From an uncultured Gemmatimonadales bacterium (GTDB taxonomy: Bacteria > Gemmatimonadota > Gemmatimonadetes > Longimicrobiales > RSA9): a stretch of DNA of 64,000 nt. Where the stretch lies: contig CAWCRS010000008.1 of assembly GCA_963798085.1 (NCBI GenBank), positions 1 through 64,000 of the forward strand, written 5' to 3'. The position numbers were made by a program, and so were the translations under genes. Below are positions 41,065 to 51,401 of this stretch, one piece after another (positions within the stretch are counted from its first letter, which is position 1; the number at the start of each line of letters is the position of its first letter). The notes beneath the pieces were generated by a model. It did not search any database. It had not been told where the DNA came from and was given only the letters and a program-made list of their open reading frames with translations.

Positions 41065-43872
41065 ATGGCCGGGCCACGCGCAAGTCGGGTGCTGGTCGGA
41101 CGCGCATTGCCGCGCATCATCCGCGTCGCCGTACTGTCCGTGCTCACCCTGGCGTCCAACTGCCCGTGCGAGGATGCATCCCAGCCGCCCACCACGGAGC
41201 GCCAGCTGGTGATCGTGAGCGGCGACGGACAGGAGGGCACGGCCAAGCTGCCTCTGCCGGCTGCGTTCGTCGTGCGCTTCGAGGAACGCACCGTGCAGGG
41301 CAGCAGCGCGTCCGCCTGGATGCCGGTCAGCGGAACTACCGTAAACTGGAGCGCGAGCTCGGGCACCCTCAGTTCGTCGAGTAGTACGACCGCGACGAAT
41401 GGGACCGCGCAGACGACGCTGACGCCCGGGACCAGCACGCTGGTGCCGGTAACGGTCACGGCGACCACCGGCAGCGTTCCGCCCTATGCGGTGGAATTCG
41501 ATGTCGATGTCACACCGGCCGACATTGTGAAAGTGCGCGGTGATGGCCAGCGTGGACGCCAGGGCACACGCCTGCCGGACTCACTCGTGGTTCAGGTGCT
41601 CTCGCATCAGGCACCAAGGATCCCGATGGCCAACGAGGTGCTGCACTGGACGGGTACGAACAGTGGCGAAGTCAGCCCCAATCCGGTTACTACCGACGCC
41701 CAGGGAATGGCCCGCGTGCAATGGACGCTGGGCAGCTCTGGAGAGAGCGCGCAGGCGCAGGCCGTGATGCTTGACTACTTCGGTTTTTCCGGCGCCACAT
41801 TCAGCGCGAGCGCCGACTACACGCGACTGGAACTGGCCGTCGTCTCAGGCAACAACCAGCACGCGCAACCGGGTCAACCGCTGCCGGACTCCGTCGTCGT
41901 GGAGTACAAGGCAACCGACGAAGCCACCGGCATTGTGCGGCCCGTTGCCAGCGCGACCATCGACTGGACGCCCTCCACGGTCGGCAATCCCGGTGCTGTG
42001 AATCCTGGCATCGCACAGCCCGCGCACAGTGTCACGGACGCGCAGGGCCGCGCCTGGACGCGTTGGACGCTGGCAGCAGCGGTGGGCGCGCAAGGACTCA
42101 ATATCCGCACGCCCGCTGTCGACACGGTCGCCCATGCGAGCACGTTCTTCGTCGCGGCAACGGCGACCGGTGATGCGCCGCCTGCGGGCACGCGCATCCT
42201 CAGCGTCACGCCTTCCACCAGCATGCAGATCGGTCTGCCAGCCGCAGCGCTGCCCATTCCGATTCGCGTCAAGTACGTGCAGATCGACGCGCAGGGGAGT
42301 TCCCAGCCGGTCGCGGGTGCCGCGCTGGCGTGGGCGGTGGCGAGTGGGGGCGGATCTGTGAGCCAGGCGTCGGCCATCACGGACGCACAGGGCAACGGTA
42401 CTGCAATCTGGACGATGGGCGCCGTCCCCGGGGCTGCAACGCTGCGCATCACCACACCGCCCGTGGGTAACTCGCCTGTCAGCGTGTTCGCGGATTCTGC
42501 TCTGGCGACGGCTGCGTTCCCGCACATCCTGCGCGTGGTGAGCGGTGACAACCAGACGGCCGCGCCGGGCGCAGCGCTCAGCGCGGACCTGGTGGTCGAG
42601 TACGTCGACGTGAATCCGGTCACGGGCGCTGCCACGCCGATTCCCGGAGTGACCGTCACCTGGTCCATAACAACGGGTCAGGGGTCGCTCAGCCCGCCCA
42701 CGTCGACTACGAATGCGCAGGGTCGCGCCACCAGCCGCTGGACGCTCGGCCCCGGCACCGGGACGCAGAGTGCCAGCGCCGCAGTGGCGGCAGTGGCGGC
42801 GGCCCCCGGCAGCATCTTCCAGGCTCCGTTCCTCGCCACCGCATCAACCGGCACTTCGACCGGGCCGCCACGCATCGCCTATGCTGTGGTCGGTTCGCCG
42901 CCCAATCCCGCGCTCATCGACACGCTCTCCTACAACTCCACGGGAGCGCCCATTACGGTGGCGCATCCGGCTGTGGGATCGTTCGCGGTCACGTTCCAGA
43001 ATCAGGCCTCGCTCGCCACCGACCGTGAGACCGTGCTGGTCAGCTCCTATGGCTCGGGATCGCCCTACTGCAAGCTTGCCTCGTGGACCACGGTCTCCGC
43101 CGATCTCGTGGCCAACGTGCTCTGCTTCGACATGGGCGGTTCAGTGGTCGATGCCGGTTTCTCCATCATGATGGCGAATTCGCTCGCGTTCCAGGGAAGG
43201 TACGCGTTCGCGTATGCCGACCAGCCCCTAATGGCGAGTTATATGCCGCCCGCGGGCCGCTCCTTCAATTCGCAGAACCAGCCGATCCAGATCCTGCGCC
43301 GCAGCGCGGGCGACTACACCGTGCAGTTCAGCGGCATACAGCGGGTTACGCCCGGCAGTCCGGAGGCGCTCATGGTGACGGCCATCGGCGCGGGGCCCGA
43401 CCACTGCAAGCTGCACGAATTCCTGAGCGGCGACACTGCGCGCGTGCTGTGCTGGGATGGCACGGGTCTCGAAGACGCGCCCAGTATTGACGCGCCGTTC
43501 GTGGTGGCGCTGCTCGAGAAAGCCAGGGCCGGCCAGCGCTTCGCTCTGGCGGCCGTCACCGCTTCGTCAATGCCCGGCACGCGCACGCTGCCGGCCGACT
43601 CCGCCTTCAGTTCCAGTGCAGGGAATCCGGGCGTGCAGGTCACGCGCACGATCACGGACGGTCGCAGCATCCTCCTGTTCCCCGGTCTGGGACGACCCAA
43701 CACGGCCAGCCGCGAGAACATCCAGGTGGTATCGATCCAGGACCAGGATGCATCGCAGTGCAAAGTGGTATCCTGGTCCACCGTGGGCAGCGATCTGAGC
43801 GTCGTAGTGCAATGTTACCACGAGGACGCGTCCATGGACGACCTCAGCTTCTATCTCATCGTCGTGCAGTAG
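41065..43872 (+). CDS. Large surface protein: about five Ig-like repeats plus three two-Cys repeats
   Basis: Repeat starts VSGDGQEG, VRGDGQRG, VSGNNQHA, (TPSTSMQIG), VSGDNQTA; three C-terminal units each containing CK and a second Cys; start may be 41020. Confidence 0.8.
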   Translation: MAGPRASRVLVGRALPRIIRVAVLSVLTLASNCPCEDASQPPTTERQLVIVSGDGQEGTAKLPLPAAFVVRFEERTVQGSSASAWMPVSGTTVNWSASSGTLSSSSSTTATNGTAQTTLTPGTSTLVPVTVTATTGSVPPYAVEFDVDVTPADIVKVRGDGQRGRQGTRLPDSLVVQVLSHQAPRIPMANEVLHWTGTNSGEVSPNPVTTDAQGMARVQWTLGSSGESAQAQAVMLDYFGFSGATFSASADYTRLELAVVSGNNQHAQPGQPLPDSVVVEYKATDEATGIVRPVASATIDWTPSTVGNPGAVNPGIAQPAHSVTDAQGRAWTRWTLAAAVGAQGLNIRTPAVDTVAHASTFFVAATATGDAPPAGTRILSVTPSTSMQIGLPAAALPIPIRVKYVQIDAQGSSQPVAGAALAWAVASGGGSVSQASAITDAQGNGTAIWTMGAVPGAATLRITTPPVGNSPVSVFADSALATAAFPHILRVVSGDNQTAAPGAALSADLVVEYVDVNPVTGAATPIPGVTVTWSITTGQGSLSPPTSTTNAQGRATSRWTLGPGTGTQSASAAVAAVAAAPGSIFQAPFLATASTGTSTGPPRIAYAVVGSPPNPALIDTLSYNSTGAPITVAHPAVGSFAVTFQNQASLATDRETVLVSSYGSGSPYCKLASWTTVSADLVANVLCFDMGGSVVDAGFSIMMANSLAFQGRYAFAYADQPLMASYMPPAGRSFNSQNQPIQILRRSAGDYTVQFSGIQRVTPGSPEALMVTAIGAGPDHCKLHEFLSGDTARVLCWDGTGLEDAPSIDAPFVVALLEKARAGQRFALAAVTASSMPGTRTLPADSAFSSSAGNPGVQVTRTITDGRSILLFPGLGRPNTASRENIQVVSIQDQDASQCKVVSWSTVGSDLSVVVQCYHEDASMDDLSFYLIVVQ

Positions 43873-43920
43873 CACGCGACGGTCTCGCGTTCACTATCCG
43901 ATTCGCAAGGAGCCATCCCG

Positions 43921-45753
43921 ATGATGCCGCTGTGCCGTCTTGCGTTCGCCTTGCTCCTGCCCATGTCGTTCACCGCGGCGGGCGCACAGGCGCAGCGCCC
44001 GCCGTCCGCTGCCCGCATCGTCGTCGGCCCGAACGTGCTGGTCAGCCGCGATGGCGACATGGCGCACGTCGAGCTGATCGTGGCGGCGAATCCGCGCGAT
44101 GCGCGCAATCTGCTGGGCGGCGCGATCACCGCGAGCCGGCCCAATGGCGGCACGGCCACCAAGACATACGCCTCCATGGATGGCGGGCAGAGCTGGATCA
44201 ATGCGCGCTTCGACGAACAGATGCGCTACGGCGGCGGCGACCCGCAGGTACTCTTCACACCGCAGGGAACCGCGCTGTTCGCAACCCTCGCCATGACGCC
44301 CGACGAGAATGGCCGCACGCGCGGCGGCATGCACGTCTATCGCTCCGAAGATGGCGGCCGCACCTGGGGCCGCCCCGCCGACCTGCACTGGTCCTGGGAT
44401 CATCCGCAGATCAGCGTGGACCGGACCGCCGGCCGCTACGCCGGCCGCGTCTACATTGGCGTGCTCTACGGCTACCCGGTCTATCGCGTGGGCATTTTCC
44501 GCTCGGAAGACGATGGCCGCACGTTCATCGGACCTGTGGAAGCGGTGAATGGAGCGGGCAAACTCGGCATCAACGTCGTCAACACGATGGTGCTGAGCGA
44601 TGGCATGCTGGTAGTGCCGTACATCGACTTCGACTTCCATCCCGACCGGCCGGCGCAGGACAGCAGCGGACTCTGGCTCGTGACCTCGGTCAATGGTGCG
44701 CTGACATTCACGCAGCCCGTGCACATCGCGCAGCGGCGCGTGAACCGGGACATTGCAGTGAACACGTTCCCTGCGCTCGCCGCAGACAGCCGTTCTGCGA
44801 AGTATCGCGACCAGCTCTACGCGGTGTGGCCGGACATCAGCACGGGCACGCCGCGTATCGTGTTCACGCGCTCGACGGATCGCGGCCGCAGCTGGAGCGC
44901 GCCGCACCCGATCGACGCCGCCTCGCCTGCTGCCGCGTGGCAGTTCCAGCCCGTGATCGCCGTGAACGACTCGGGCGTTGTCGCGGTCACGTGGTTCGAC
45001 TCGCGCGACACGGGTGACTCGCGACACTACCACGAGTACTTCACGGCGTCGCTGGATGGCGGCGCCAGCTGGCTGCCGCCGGTCCGCGTGTCGACCGCGC
45101 CGTCCGATCGCTACGGTGCGGGCAACGTGCGCTTCACCCCATCCGCGTTCCGCAGCACACCGGACTCGATGCGCATCGCGTTCCTCTCGCCGGCCGCACG
45201 CTGGGGTGATGGCGGCGATTACATGGGTCTCGTGGCCGATACGCGCGGCGTCTTCCACCCGTTCTGGGCCGACAGCCGCACGGGCACGTTCCAGATCATG
45301 ACCGCGAGTGTCAGTGTGGAGACGTCACCTGCAGCCGCAATGCCCGATGTCGCGCGCCGGGCGCCGGCCACGATTACGGGCGCAATCGACGTGATCTTCA
45401 ATGCCACGCGCTACAATGGCGATGCGAAGGTCGCGAGCCTGCCCGTGCGTCTCAGGAATACGTCCGACCGCGTGCTGTACGGGCCGATCCAGCTGGTGAT
45501 ACGCGGCTTCGGCAGCGGTCAGGGCAGTGAGCAGCAGGACATGGCGCCGGCAATATTGAATGCGACGAACGGGAAGCAGGGTATCGGCGCGATCTTCGAC
45601 TTCACGGATGCGCTGGGTACGTTGCGCATGCTGGCGCCCGGCGCGCAGACGGGCCCGGTCGAGATCCGCGTGCGTGTGAAGGATCCGCTCAATGTGCCCG
45701 ACCTGCACATCGAAGTGACCGGCGTGAGCGGCGGCGTCAGTCCGTCAGACTGA
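43921..45753 (+). CDS. Secreted Asp-box (BNR) beta-propeller protein, sialidase-like fold
   Basis: AAGGAG RBS; signal peptide; SMDGGQSW, SEDGGRTW, SEDDGRTF, STDRGRSW, SLDGGASW; GDYMGL. Confidence 0.85.
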   Translation: MMPLCRLAFALLLPMSFTAAGAQAQRPPSAARIVVGPNVLVSRDGDMAHVELIVAANPRDARNLLGGAITASRPNGGTATKTYASMDGGQSWINARFDEQMRYGGGDPQVLFTPQGTALFATLAMTPDENGRTRGGMHVYRSEDGGRTWGRPADLHWSWDHPQISVDRTAGRYAGRVYIGVLYGYPVYRVGIFRSEDDGRTFIGPVEAVNGAGKLGINVVNTMVLSDGMLVVPYIDFDFHPDRPAQDSSGLWLVTSVNGALTFTQPVHIAQRRVNRDIAVNTFPALAADSRSAKYRDQLYAVWPDISTGTPRIVFTRSTDRGRSWSAPHPIDAASPAAAWQFQPVIAVNDSGVVAVTWFDSRDTGDSRHYHEYFTASLDGGASWLPPVRVSTAPSDRYGAGNVRFTPSAFRSTPDSMRIAFLSPAARWGDGGDYMGLVADTRGVFHPFWADSRTGTFQIMTASVSVETSPAAAMPDVARRAPATITGAIDVIFNATRYNGDAKVASLPVRLRNTSDRVLYGPIQLVIRGFGSGQGSEQQDMAPAILNATNGKQGIGAIFDFTDALGTLRMLAPGAQTGPVEIRVRVKDPLNVPDLHIEVTGVSGGVSPSD

Positions 45754-46738
45754 CCGGCGAACCCTTCTGTCTCGCCGAGCGGTACAGCGCGTCGATGACA
45801 CGCATGTTCTGCGCGGCCTCCGCGGCCGGATAACGCACCGGGCGGTCGTGCAGCACGCAGTCCGCGAAATGCTCGACCATCAGCTGGTACTCGTCCGCGC
45901 CCGAGACCTTGTGCAGCGCTGGCTCGGTGCGGCCACGCTGCTCCTGGATCGAGACTTCGCCCGTGCCCGGCAGGAACGCGGACAGCACGGTGAACTGCGC
46001 TTCCGTGCCCGCGACCTCGTACCACTCCCGCCGGTCCAGCGTCAGCGCGCAGTCGAACTGCGCCACCAGTCCGCCGGGGAAGAGGAGCGTGCCCGCGAGC
46101 TGCTCGTCCACACCACTCGCGCCCCAGCGCGCCAGTGCCTGCACCTCGAGCGGCTCCTCTCCCGCCACGGTGCGGCTGAGGTTGACGCAGTAGCAGCCCA
46201 CATCCATGAGTGCGCCGCCGCCCAGCTCCGGCCGTAACCGAATGTTATCCGGTCGTGTGAGGCGGAAGGTGAATGCGCTGCGCACGACACGAGCCTCGCC
46301 CAGCTGGCCGGCTCGCACACGCTCGACCAGCTCGACCGTGCGCGGGTGGAAGCGGTACATGAACGCCTCCATCAGCTTCACGCCGTGCTGCTGCGCGGCC
46401 GCGTCCATGACCTGACATTCGGCTTCGTCCAGGCCGAGCGGCTTCTCGCACAGCACATGCTTGCCCGCCTCGGCCGCGCGCACCGTCCACTCGCAGTGCA
46501 TGCTGTTGGGCAGCGGGATGTAGACCGCGTCAATGGCGTCATCCTCGAGCAGCGCGTGGTAGCTGCCGTAGTGCCGCGGAATCTCCCAGCGGGCGGCGAA
46601 CTCGCGGGCCTTCCGCTCATCACGGCTGGCCACGCCCACCAGCTCGCTGTTGCCTGCCGCGCGGATCGCAGGATTCACGGCCGCCCGGCCAATGTTGGCC
46701 GTACTGATGACGCCCCAGCGCAGCTTCCTCTCAAGCAC
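45737..46738 (-). CDS. Gfo/Idh/MocA family oxidoreductase
   Basis: WGVISTANIG; YIPLPNSMH; GKHVLCEKP; GGGALMDVGCY. Confidence 0.92.
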   Translation of the reverse strand: MLERKLRWGVISTANIGRAAVNPAIRAAGNSELVGVASRDERKAREFAARWEIPRHYGSYHALLEDDAIDAVYIPLPNSMHCEWTVRAAEAGKHVLCEKPLGLDEAECQVMDAAAQQHGVKLMEAFMYRFHPRTVELVERVRAGQLGEARVVRSAFTFRLTRPDNIRLRPELGGGALMDVGCYCVNLSRTVAGEEPLEVQALARWGASGVDEQLAGTLLFPGGLVAQFDCALTLDRREWYEVAGTEAQFTVLSAFLPGTGEVSIQEQRGRTEPALHKVSGADEYQLMVEHFADCVLHDRPVRYPAAEAAQNMRVIDALYRSARQKGSPVSLTD

Positions 46739-47927
46739 CCGGCGCCTCCTGGCGCAATGTCGCGTTATCCAGTGCCGCGGCCAGCGGCAGATCCACCCAG
46801 CGCCGCTCGCGGTGCGAGAGCGTCACGGCATTGATGATCTCCTGCACGCGCGCGCTCTGCGCGAAGTTGCCCTGATTCCTTTCGCCGCCATCCAGGATCT
46901 CGCGGCAGAAGTCGTGCACGAGGTTCCCGTAGAACGCGGAACTCCAGGCGTCGCCTGCAGTGTATCCCGGCGGAAAATAGCGCGGGGGAATCTCCTGCTC
47001 GACGAACTCCACCGCGTCCGGCGTTGCCGTGTGCAGCGTCTGGATGACGCCGAACTCCTCGACCAGCCGCGCGCGCAGCGCGCCCGCCGAGCCGAAGATC
47101 CTCGCCTCGATGCCCGGATAGTTGCCCACCGTCACGTAGCTGGACTGCATGGAGAACAGCGCACCGGTTGCCGTCTCCGCGATGAACATGTCGGCATCAT
47201 CAATGTTGATGCGCTCGCGCTGCGTGTCCAGGTTCGTGCGCCGGCGGAACGGCACCATGTTGGCAAGAATGCCGACGACACGCGTGAGATCGCTGCCCAC
47301 GCACTCGAGACCGATGTCGATCGTGGGTGCGCCGTAGCCCTCCAGCGATGAGACGGCAATGCCCTCGCGCGTGGGATCGCTGCCCCAGTCCGGCTCGTGC
47401 GCCGGCTGCGCGCGGTGCACGCGCTTGTCCATGGGATTGTCCGGGTCCAGCCACTGCGAGTTCTGCTCGTAGCCGTTGAAAACAAACGGCTGGCCAATGA
47501 AGCCGTCGCGGATCAGGTCGAACATGTACATCACCGCGGGGGCGTAACGGAATGTCAGGCCGACCTTCGTCTTGAGGCCTTTCGCCTGCGCCAGCGCGTG
47601 CGCCCGCCAGACATCGCGATAGTCGTGGCAGACGGGTTTCTCGACCAGGCAGTGGAAGCCGGCTTGCAGCACGTCGAACACCAGGTCCTGGTGGTCGCCA
47701 CGCGTGACGATGTCCACGAGGTCAATGTCGCGGCGCGCGAGCACCTTCTCGTAGTCGGTCGCCACCTCCGCCGCGCCGAACTGCCGCGCCCGCGACTCCG
47801 CCAGCTCGCGATCGAGGTCGCAGACCACGACCAGATCCGCCAGCGGCGAGCGCTGGAAGCCGGGCAGGTGCGCGGCCGCCGCCCAGCGGCCCGCGCCGAT
47901 CACCGCAACACGAAGTTTTTCTTTCAT
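46731..47927 (-). CDS. Gfo/Idh/MocA family oxidoreductase (divergent)
   Basis: VAVIGAGRWA; HCLVEKP; VGLTFRYAP; atypical C-terminal half (SSLEGYGAPTID). Confidence 0.88.
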   Translation of the reverse strand: MKEKLRVAVIGAGRWAAAAHLPGFQRSPLADLVVVCDLDRELAESRARQFGAAEVATDYEKVLARRDIDLVDIVTRGDHQDLVFDVLQAGFHCLVEKPVCHDYRDVWRAHALAQAKGLKTKVGLTFRYAPAVMYMFDLIRDGFIGQPFVFNGYEQNSQWLDPDNPMDKRVHRAQPAHEPDWGSDPTREGIAVSSLEGYGAPTIDIGLECVGSDLTRVVGILANMVPFRRRTNLDTQRERINIDDADMFIAETATGALFSMQSSYVTVGNYPGIEARIFGSAGALRARLVEEFGVIQTLHTATPDAVEFVEQEIPPRYFPPGYTAGDAWSSAFYGNLVHDFCREILDGGERNQGNFAQSARVQEIINAVTLSHRERRWVDLPLAAALDNATLRQEAPGA

Positions 47928-47929
47928 CC

Positions 47930-48826
47930 TCAGCCTGCTTTCGGGTCCAGCGCGTCCTGCAGACCGTCGCCAATGAAGTTGATGGCCAGCACCACGAGCA
48001 GAATGGAGAGGCCCGGGAATATGGTGAGCCAGGGCTGCGTCGCCATGTTGGCCTGCGCGTCCTGCAGCATGTTGCCCCACGTCGGCGTGGGCGGCTGCAC
48101 GCCCAGCCCCAGGAAACTGAGCGACGATTCCAGCACAATGGCATTGCCCACGGCCAGCGTGGCGCCCACCACGATCGGGCCCAGTGCGCCCGGCAGCAGG
48201 TGCCGCAGAATGATGCGCGGGTTGCTGAAGCCCAGGCTGCGCGCCGCCTCAATGTACGGCAGCTCGCGCAGCGTCAGCACCTCGCCCCGCACCACCCTCG
48301 CCGTCGCCATCCAGCTGAGCAGACCGATGATGACGGCCATGGACGCAACCGCCGCGTGCGACCACGCCGTCAGCACGATGAGCAGTGGCAGTGTGGGTAT
48401 CGACCACGCCACGTCGGTGGCGCGCATCAGCAGGTTATCAATGCGGCCGCCGTAGTAGCCGGCCACGCTGCCCACCGCTGCGCCCACGCCGGTTCCCACC
48501 ACGGCCGCCAGCAGGCCGATCAGGATGGACACACGCCCGCCGTACAACACGCGTGTCAGCAGATCGCGGCCCAGGTCGTCGGTCCCCATCCAGTGTGCAG
48601 GCGAGGGCGGCTGGCGGATGTGCGCCAGGTCGATGGCCTCGAAACCGCGCGGCGCCAGCAGCGGCGCAGCCACGCACAGCAGTGCGACCACCCCGACCAG
48701 CGCCACCGATGCCAGTGCCAGCCGGTGCCGGCGCAACCGCCGCCAGACCCGGCCGCCCGGCGCTTCCGCAGAGGCAATCGCAGCAGGCGAGAAATTGCCG
48801 GGCTGCACGTCGCGCGGTTCACTCAT
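47930..48826 (-). CDS. Peptide/nickel ABC permease, OppC/DppC-like
   Basis: HWMGTDDLGRD; YIEAARSLG; ESSLSFLGLGVQPPTPTWG; GDGLQDALDP. Confidence 0.93.
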   Translation of the reverse strand: MSEPRDVQPGNFSPAAIASAEAPGGRVWRRLRRHRLALASVALVGVVALLCVAAPLLAPRGFEAIDLAHIRQPPSPAHWMGTDDLGRDLLTRVLYGGRVSILIGLLAAVVGTGVGAAVGSVAGYYGGRIDNLLMRATDVAWSIPTLPLLIVLTAWSHAAVASMAVIIGLLSWMATARVVRGEVLTLRELPYIEAARSLGFSNPRIILRHLLPGALGPIVVGATLAVGNAIVLESSLSFLGLGVQPPTPTWGNMLQDAQANMATQPWLTIFPGLSILLVVLAINFIGDGLQDALDPKAG

Positions 48827-49775
48827 AGCGGATGCGCGGGTCGAGCACGCCGTACATCGCGTCGGCCAGCAGGTTGAAGACCACGACCATCACGGAGCCG
48901 AGCAGCAGGATGCCCATCAGCAGGGGATAATCGCGCCCGAACATCGCCTGCACGAACATGCGCCCGATGCCGGGCCACGCGAAGATGGTCTCCACCAGCA
49001 CGGCACCCGAGAACAGGTCTGCCAGGTTGAGCGCCATGATGGAGACCAGCGGAATGAGGGCATTGCGCAGCGCGTGCCGTCCGATAACAGCGCGTTCCGG
49101 CAGCCCCTTGGCGCGTGCCGTGCGCACGTAGTCCGCGCGCAGCTCGCGCAGCAGCGTGCTGCGCAGGTAGCGTGACCAGCCCGCGATGTAGCGCGTGGAC
49201 AGGACGAGCGCGGGCAGCACGAGGTGGGCAAGGTGATCCGACAGGGAAGCGTCGCCTATGGTCTTCGTGCCGGAGACGGGAAGCCAGCCCAGCCGCACCG
49301 CGAACACCAGCTGCAGGATCAGCGCGAACCAGAACACGGGCATGGCAATGCCGGCGAAGGAGAGCCCGGTCGTCACGTAGTCGAGCAGGCTGTACTGGCG
49401 TACCGCGCTGAAGATGCCGAGCGCCACGGCCGCCAGTGCGGCCAGCAGGAAGGCGCTGCCCATCAGCTCGAGCGTGGCCGGCAGCCGCTCCAGGATCATG
49501 CGCGACACGGGCCGCGTGCTGGCAAAGCTGATGCCCAGGTCGCCGTGCAGCAGCGCGCCCAGCCAGCGCACGTACTGCACGGGCACGGGCCGGTCCACAC
49601 CCAGGCGGTGGCGATAACTCTCGATTACGGACGGGTCCATGAAGCGGCCCGACTCGAGCAGCGCGCCCTCCGGCCCGCCCGGCGCCAGCTGGATCACGGT
49701 GAACAGCACGATCGTGATCCCGAACAGCAGCGGGATCATTTGCAGCAGGCGCCGCCGCAGCCAGACACCGCTCAC
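48819..49775 (-). CDS. Peptide/nickel ABC permease, OppB/DppB-like
   Basis: GTG 49775 overlaps the binding-protein stop; GDLGISF; ERLPATLEL; YVRTARAKGL; ETIFAWPGIG; LDPRIRY. Confidence 0.92.
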   Translation of the reverse strand: MSGVWLRRRLLQMIPLLFGITIVLFTVIQLAPGGPEGALLESGRFMDPSVIESYRHRLGVDRPVPVQYVRWLGALLHGDLGISFASTRPVSRMILERLPATLELMGSAFLLAALAAVALGIFSAVRQYSLLDYVTTGLSFAGIAMPVFWFALILQLVFAVRLGWLPVSGTKTIGDASLSDHLAHLVLPALVLSTRYIAGWSRYLRSTLLRELRADYVRTARAKGLPERAVIGRHALRNALIPLVSIMALNLADLFSGAVLVETIFAWPGIGRMFVQAMFGRDYPLLMGILLLGSVMVVVFNLLADAMYGVLDPRIRYE

Positions 49776-51401
49776 TGCAGCGTCCATTGCCAGAGGTTCC
49801 AGAAGCTGCCGAAGTTGGTGCCGCTGCCGCGATAGTTGCCCACGCGGGTGCTCACGACTTCCGGATTGACGTTGTAGTAGAGCGGCAGCGACACGGCGGC
49901 TTCGGCCAGACGCACCTGCGCTGCATCCAGCAGCGGCTTGCGCTTCGCGAAGGAAAGGCTGCGATCGGAGGCGACCAGCAGGCTGTCCAGACGGCGCATC
50001 ACACAGGCCCGTCATGTTGTTGGGCCCGTTGCAGGCATAGATGCTGGTGAGACTGGGATCGGCCGCCAGGAACCAGGCACTGACCATCGCTTCCCAGCGG
50101 CCGCTGCGCCAGCGCTGCGTCCACGCGGCGCTCTCCAGTGTCTCGAACGTGACCGCCACACCAATGTCGCGCAGCTGCGCCTGAATGACCTGCGCCACCG
50201 CAATGCGATCCGCGGTGCCCGCGCGATTCAGCATGACGAAAGCGAAGCGCGCGCCAGCCTTCACACGCACACCATCGGGCCCCGCCCGCCAGCCCGCTGC
50301 ATCGAGCATGCGCCTCGCCAGTGCGGGGTCATAGTCGTAATGCGGAACGCCCGCGTCGTGCCACGGGCTGTCCGGATTGATGGGCGTGTCCGCAATGGTC
50401 ACGCGACCCTGCATCAGCTGCGCCGCAATCGCCCGCCGGTCGATGGCGTGGAACAGCGCCTTGCGAACATTCACGTCAGCAAAAAGCGCTCGCCCGTGCG
50501 GCGTCTGTACGTTGATGTCGAAGTGCAGGAACGTGTTCGAGCTGATCAGGTGCGTCTGGTAGCCTGCCAGCTTCGTCACCGCGTCCACCTGCAGCGGCAG
50601 GATGCGCGCGAAATGGTACTGCCCGGCACGCATGGCATTCAGTCGCGTGTTGGCGTCCGGGATGAATGCCCACACGATTTCGTCGATCGCCGGATACTGC
50701 GGCCCCCGCCAGTAGTCCGGATTGCGCACCACGCGGATGTATTCGCCCGCCTTCCACTCCGCGAACCGGAACGGACCGGTGCCGATGGTCGCGGGCCCGC
50801 GATTGTACGGCGTGTAGTTCACGATCTGCTGCGTGGTCATGCCGCCCAGCACATGCTCCGGCAGGATGGCCTCGAACAGGCCCGCGTAGTAGCCGTATTC
50901 GCCATTCCAGTGGAACACCGCGGTGTGCTCGTCCGGCGTGCTGCAGCCGATGATGCCGAGATACTCGTCACGGTTGTACGTCTCCGAGTTCTCGCTGGTC
51001 ACGAATTTCCACGTGAAGCAGACGTCCCTGCTCGTGAACGCGACGCTGTCGTGCCAGCGCACGTTCTCCCGCAGCCGCCACGTCATGTCCACGGTGCCGT
51101 CGCGATTGTGCCTGATGAGCCCGTTCTGCTCGGTGGGGATCTCCTCCGCCAGCACGGGCACGAACTGATTGTGCTCGTCCGTTGTGACCAGGCCTTCAAT
51201 CATGCTGAACGAGATGTCGACCAGGTTCTGGCTGGTGAACGGATTCAGCACGTCGATCTCGCGCTCGTAGGCAACGCGCAGGATGCGGCGCCCGGGTGCA
51301 ACGGCAGCCATCGCTGCGTCGCCGGAGGAGGCCGCACGATCGCCGCCCCCGCACGCGGCGAGCAGCACGCACGCCAGAATGCACACGGCGCGAAGCCTCA
51401 T
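49772..51401 (-). CDS. Peptide ABC substrate-binding lipoprotein, OppA/DppA family 5 (frameshift ~49997)
   Basis: LLAAC lipobox; LRENVRWHDS; IGTGPFRF; VRKALFHAIDR; C-terminus in ORF 49772..50002. Confidence 0.9.

Noticed and set aside
48819..51401. Apparent OppA-OppB fusion (860-aa ORF)
   Set aside because: A frameshift near 49997 explains it; the true OppA C-terminus is in ORF 49772..50002 and OppB starts at 49775
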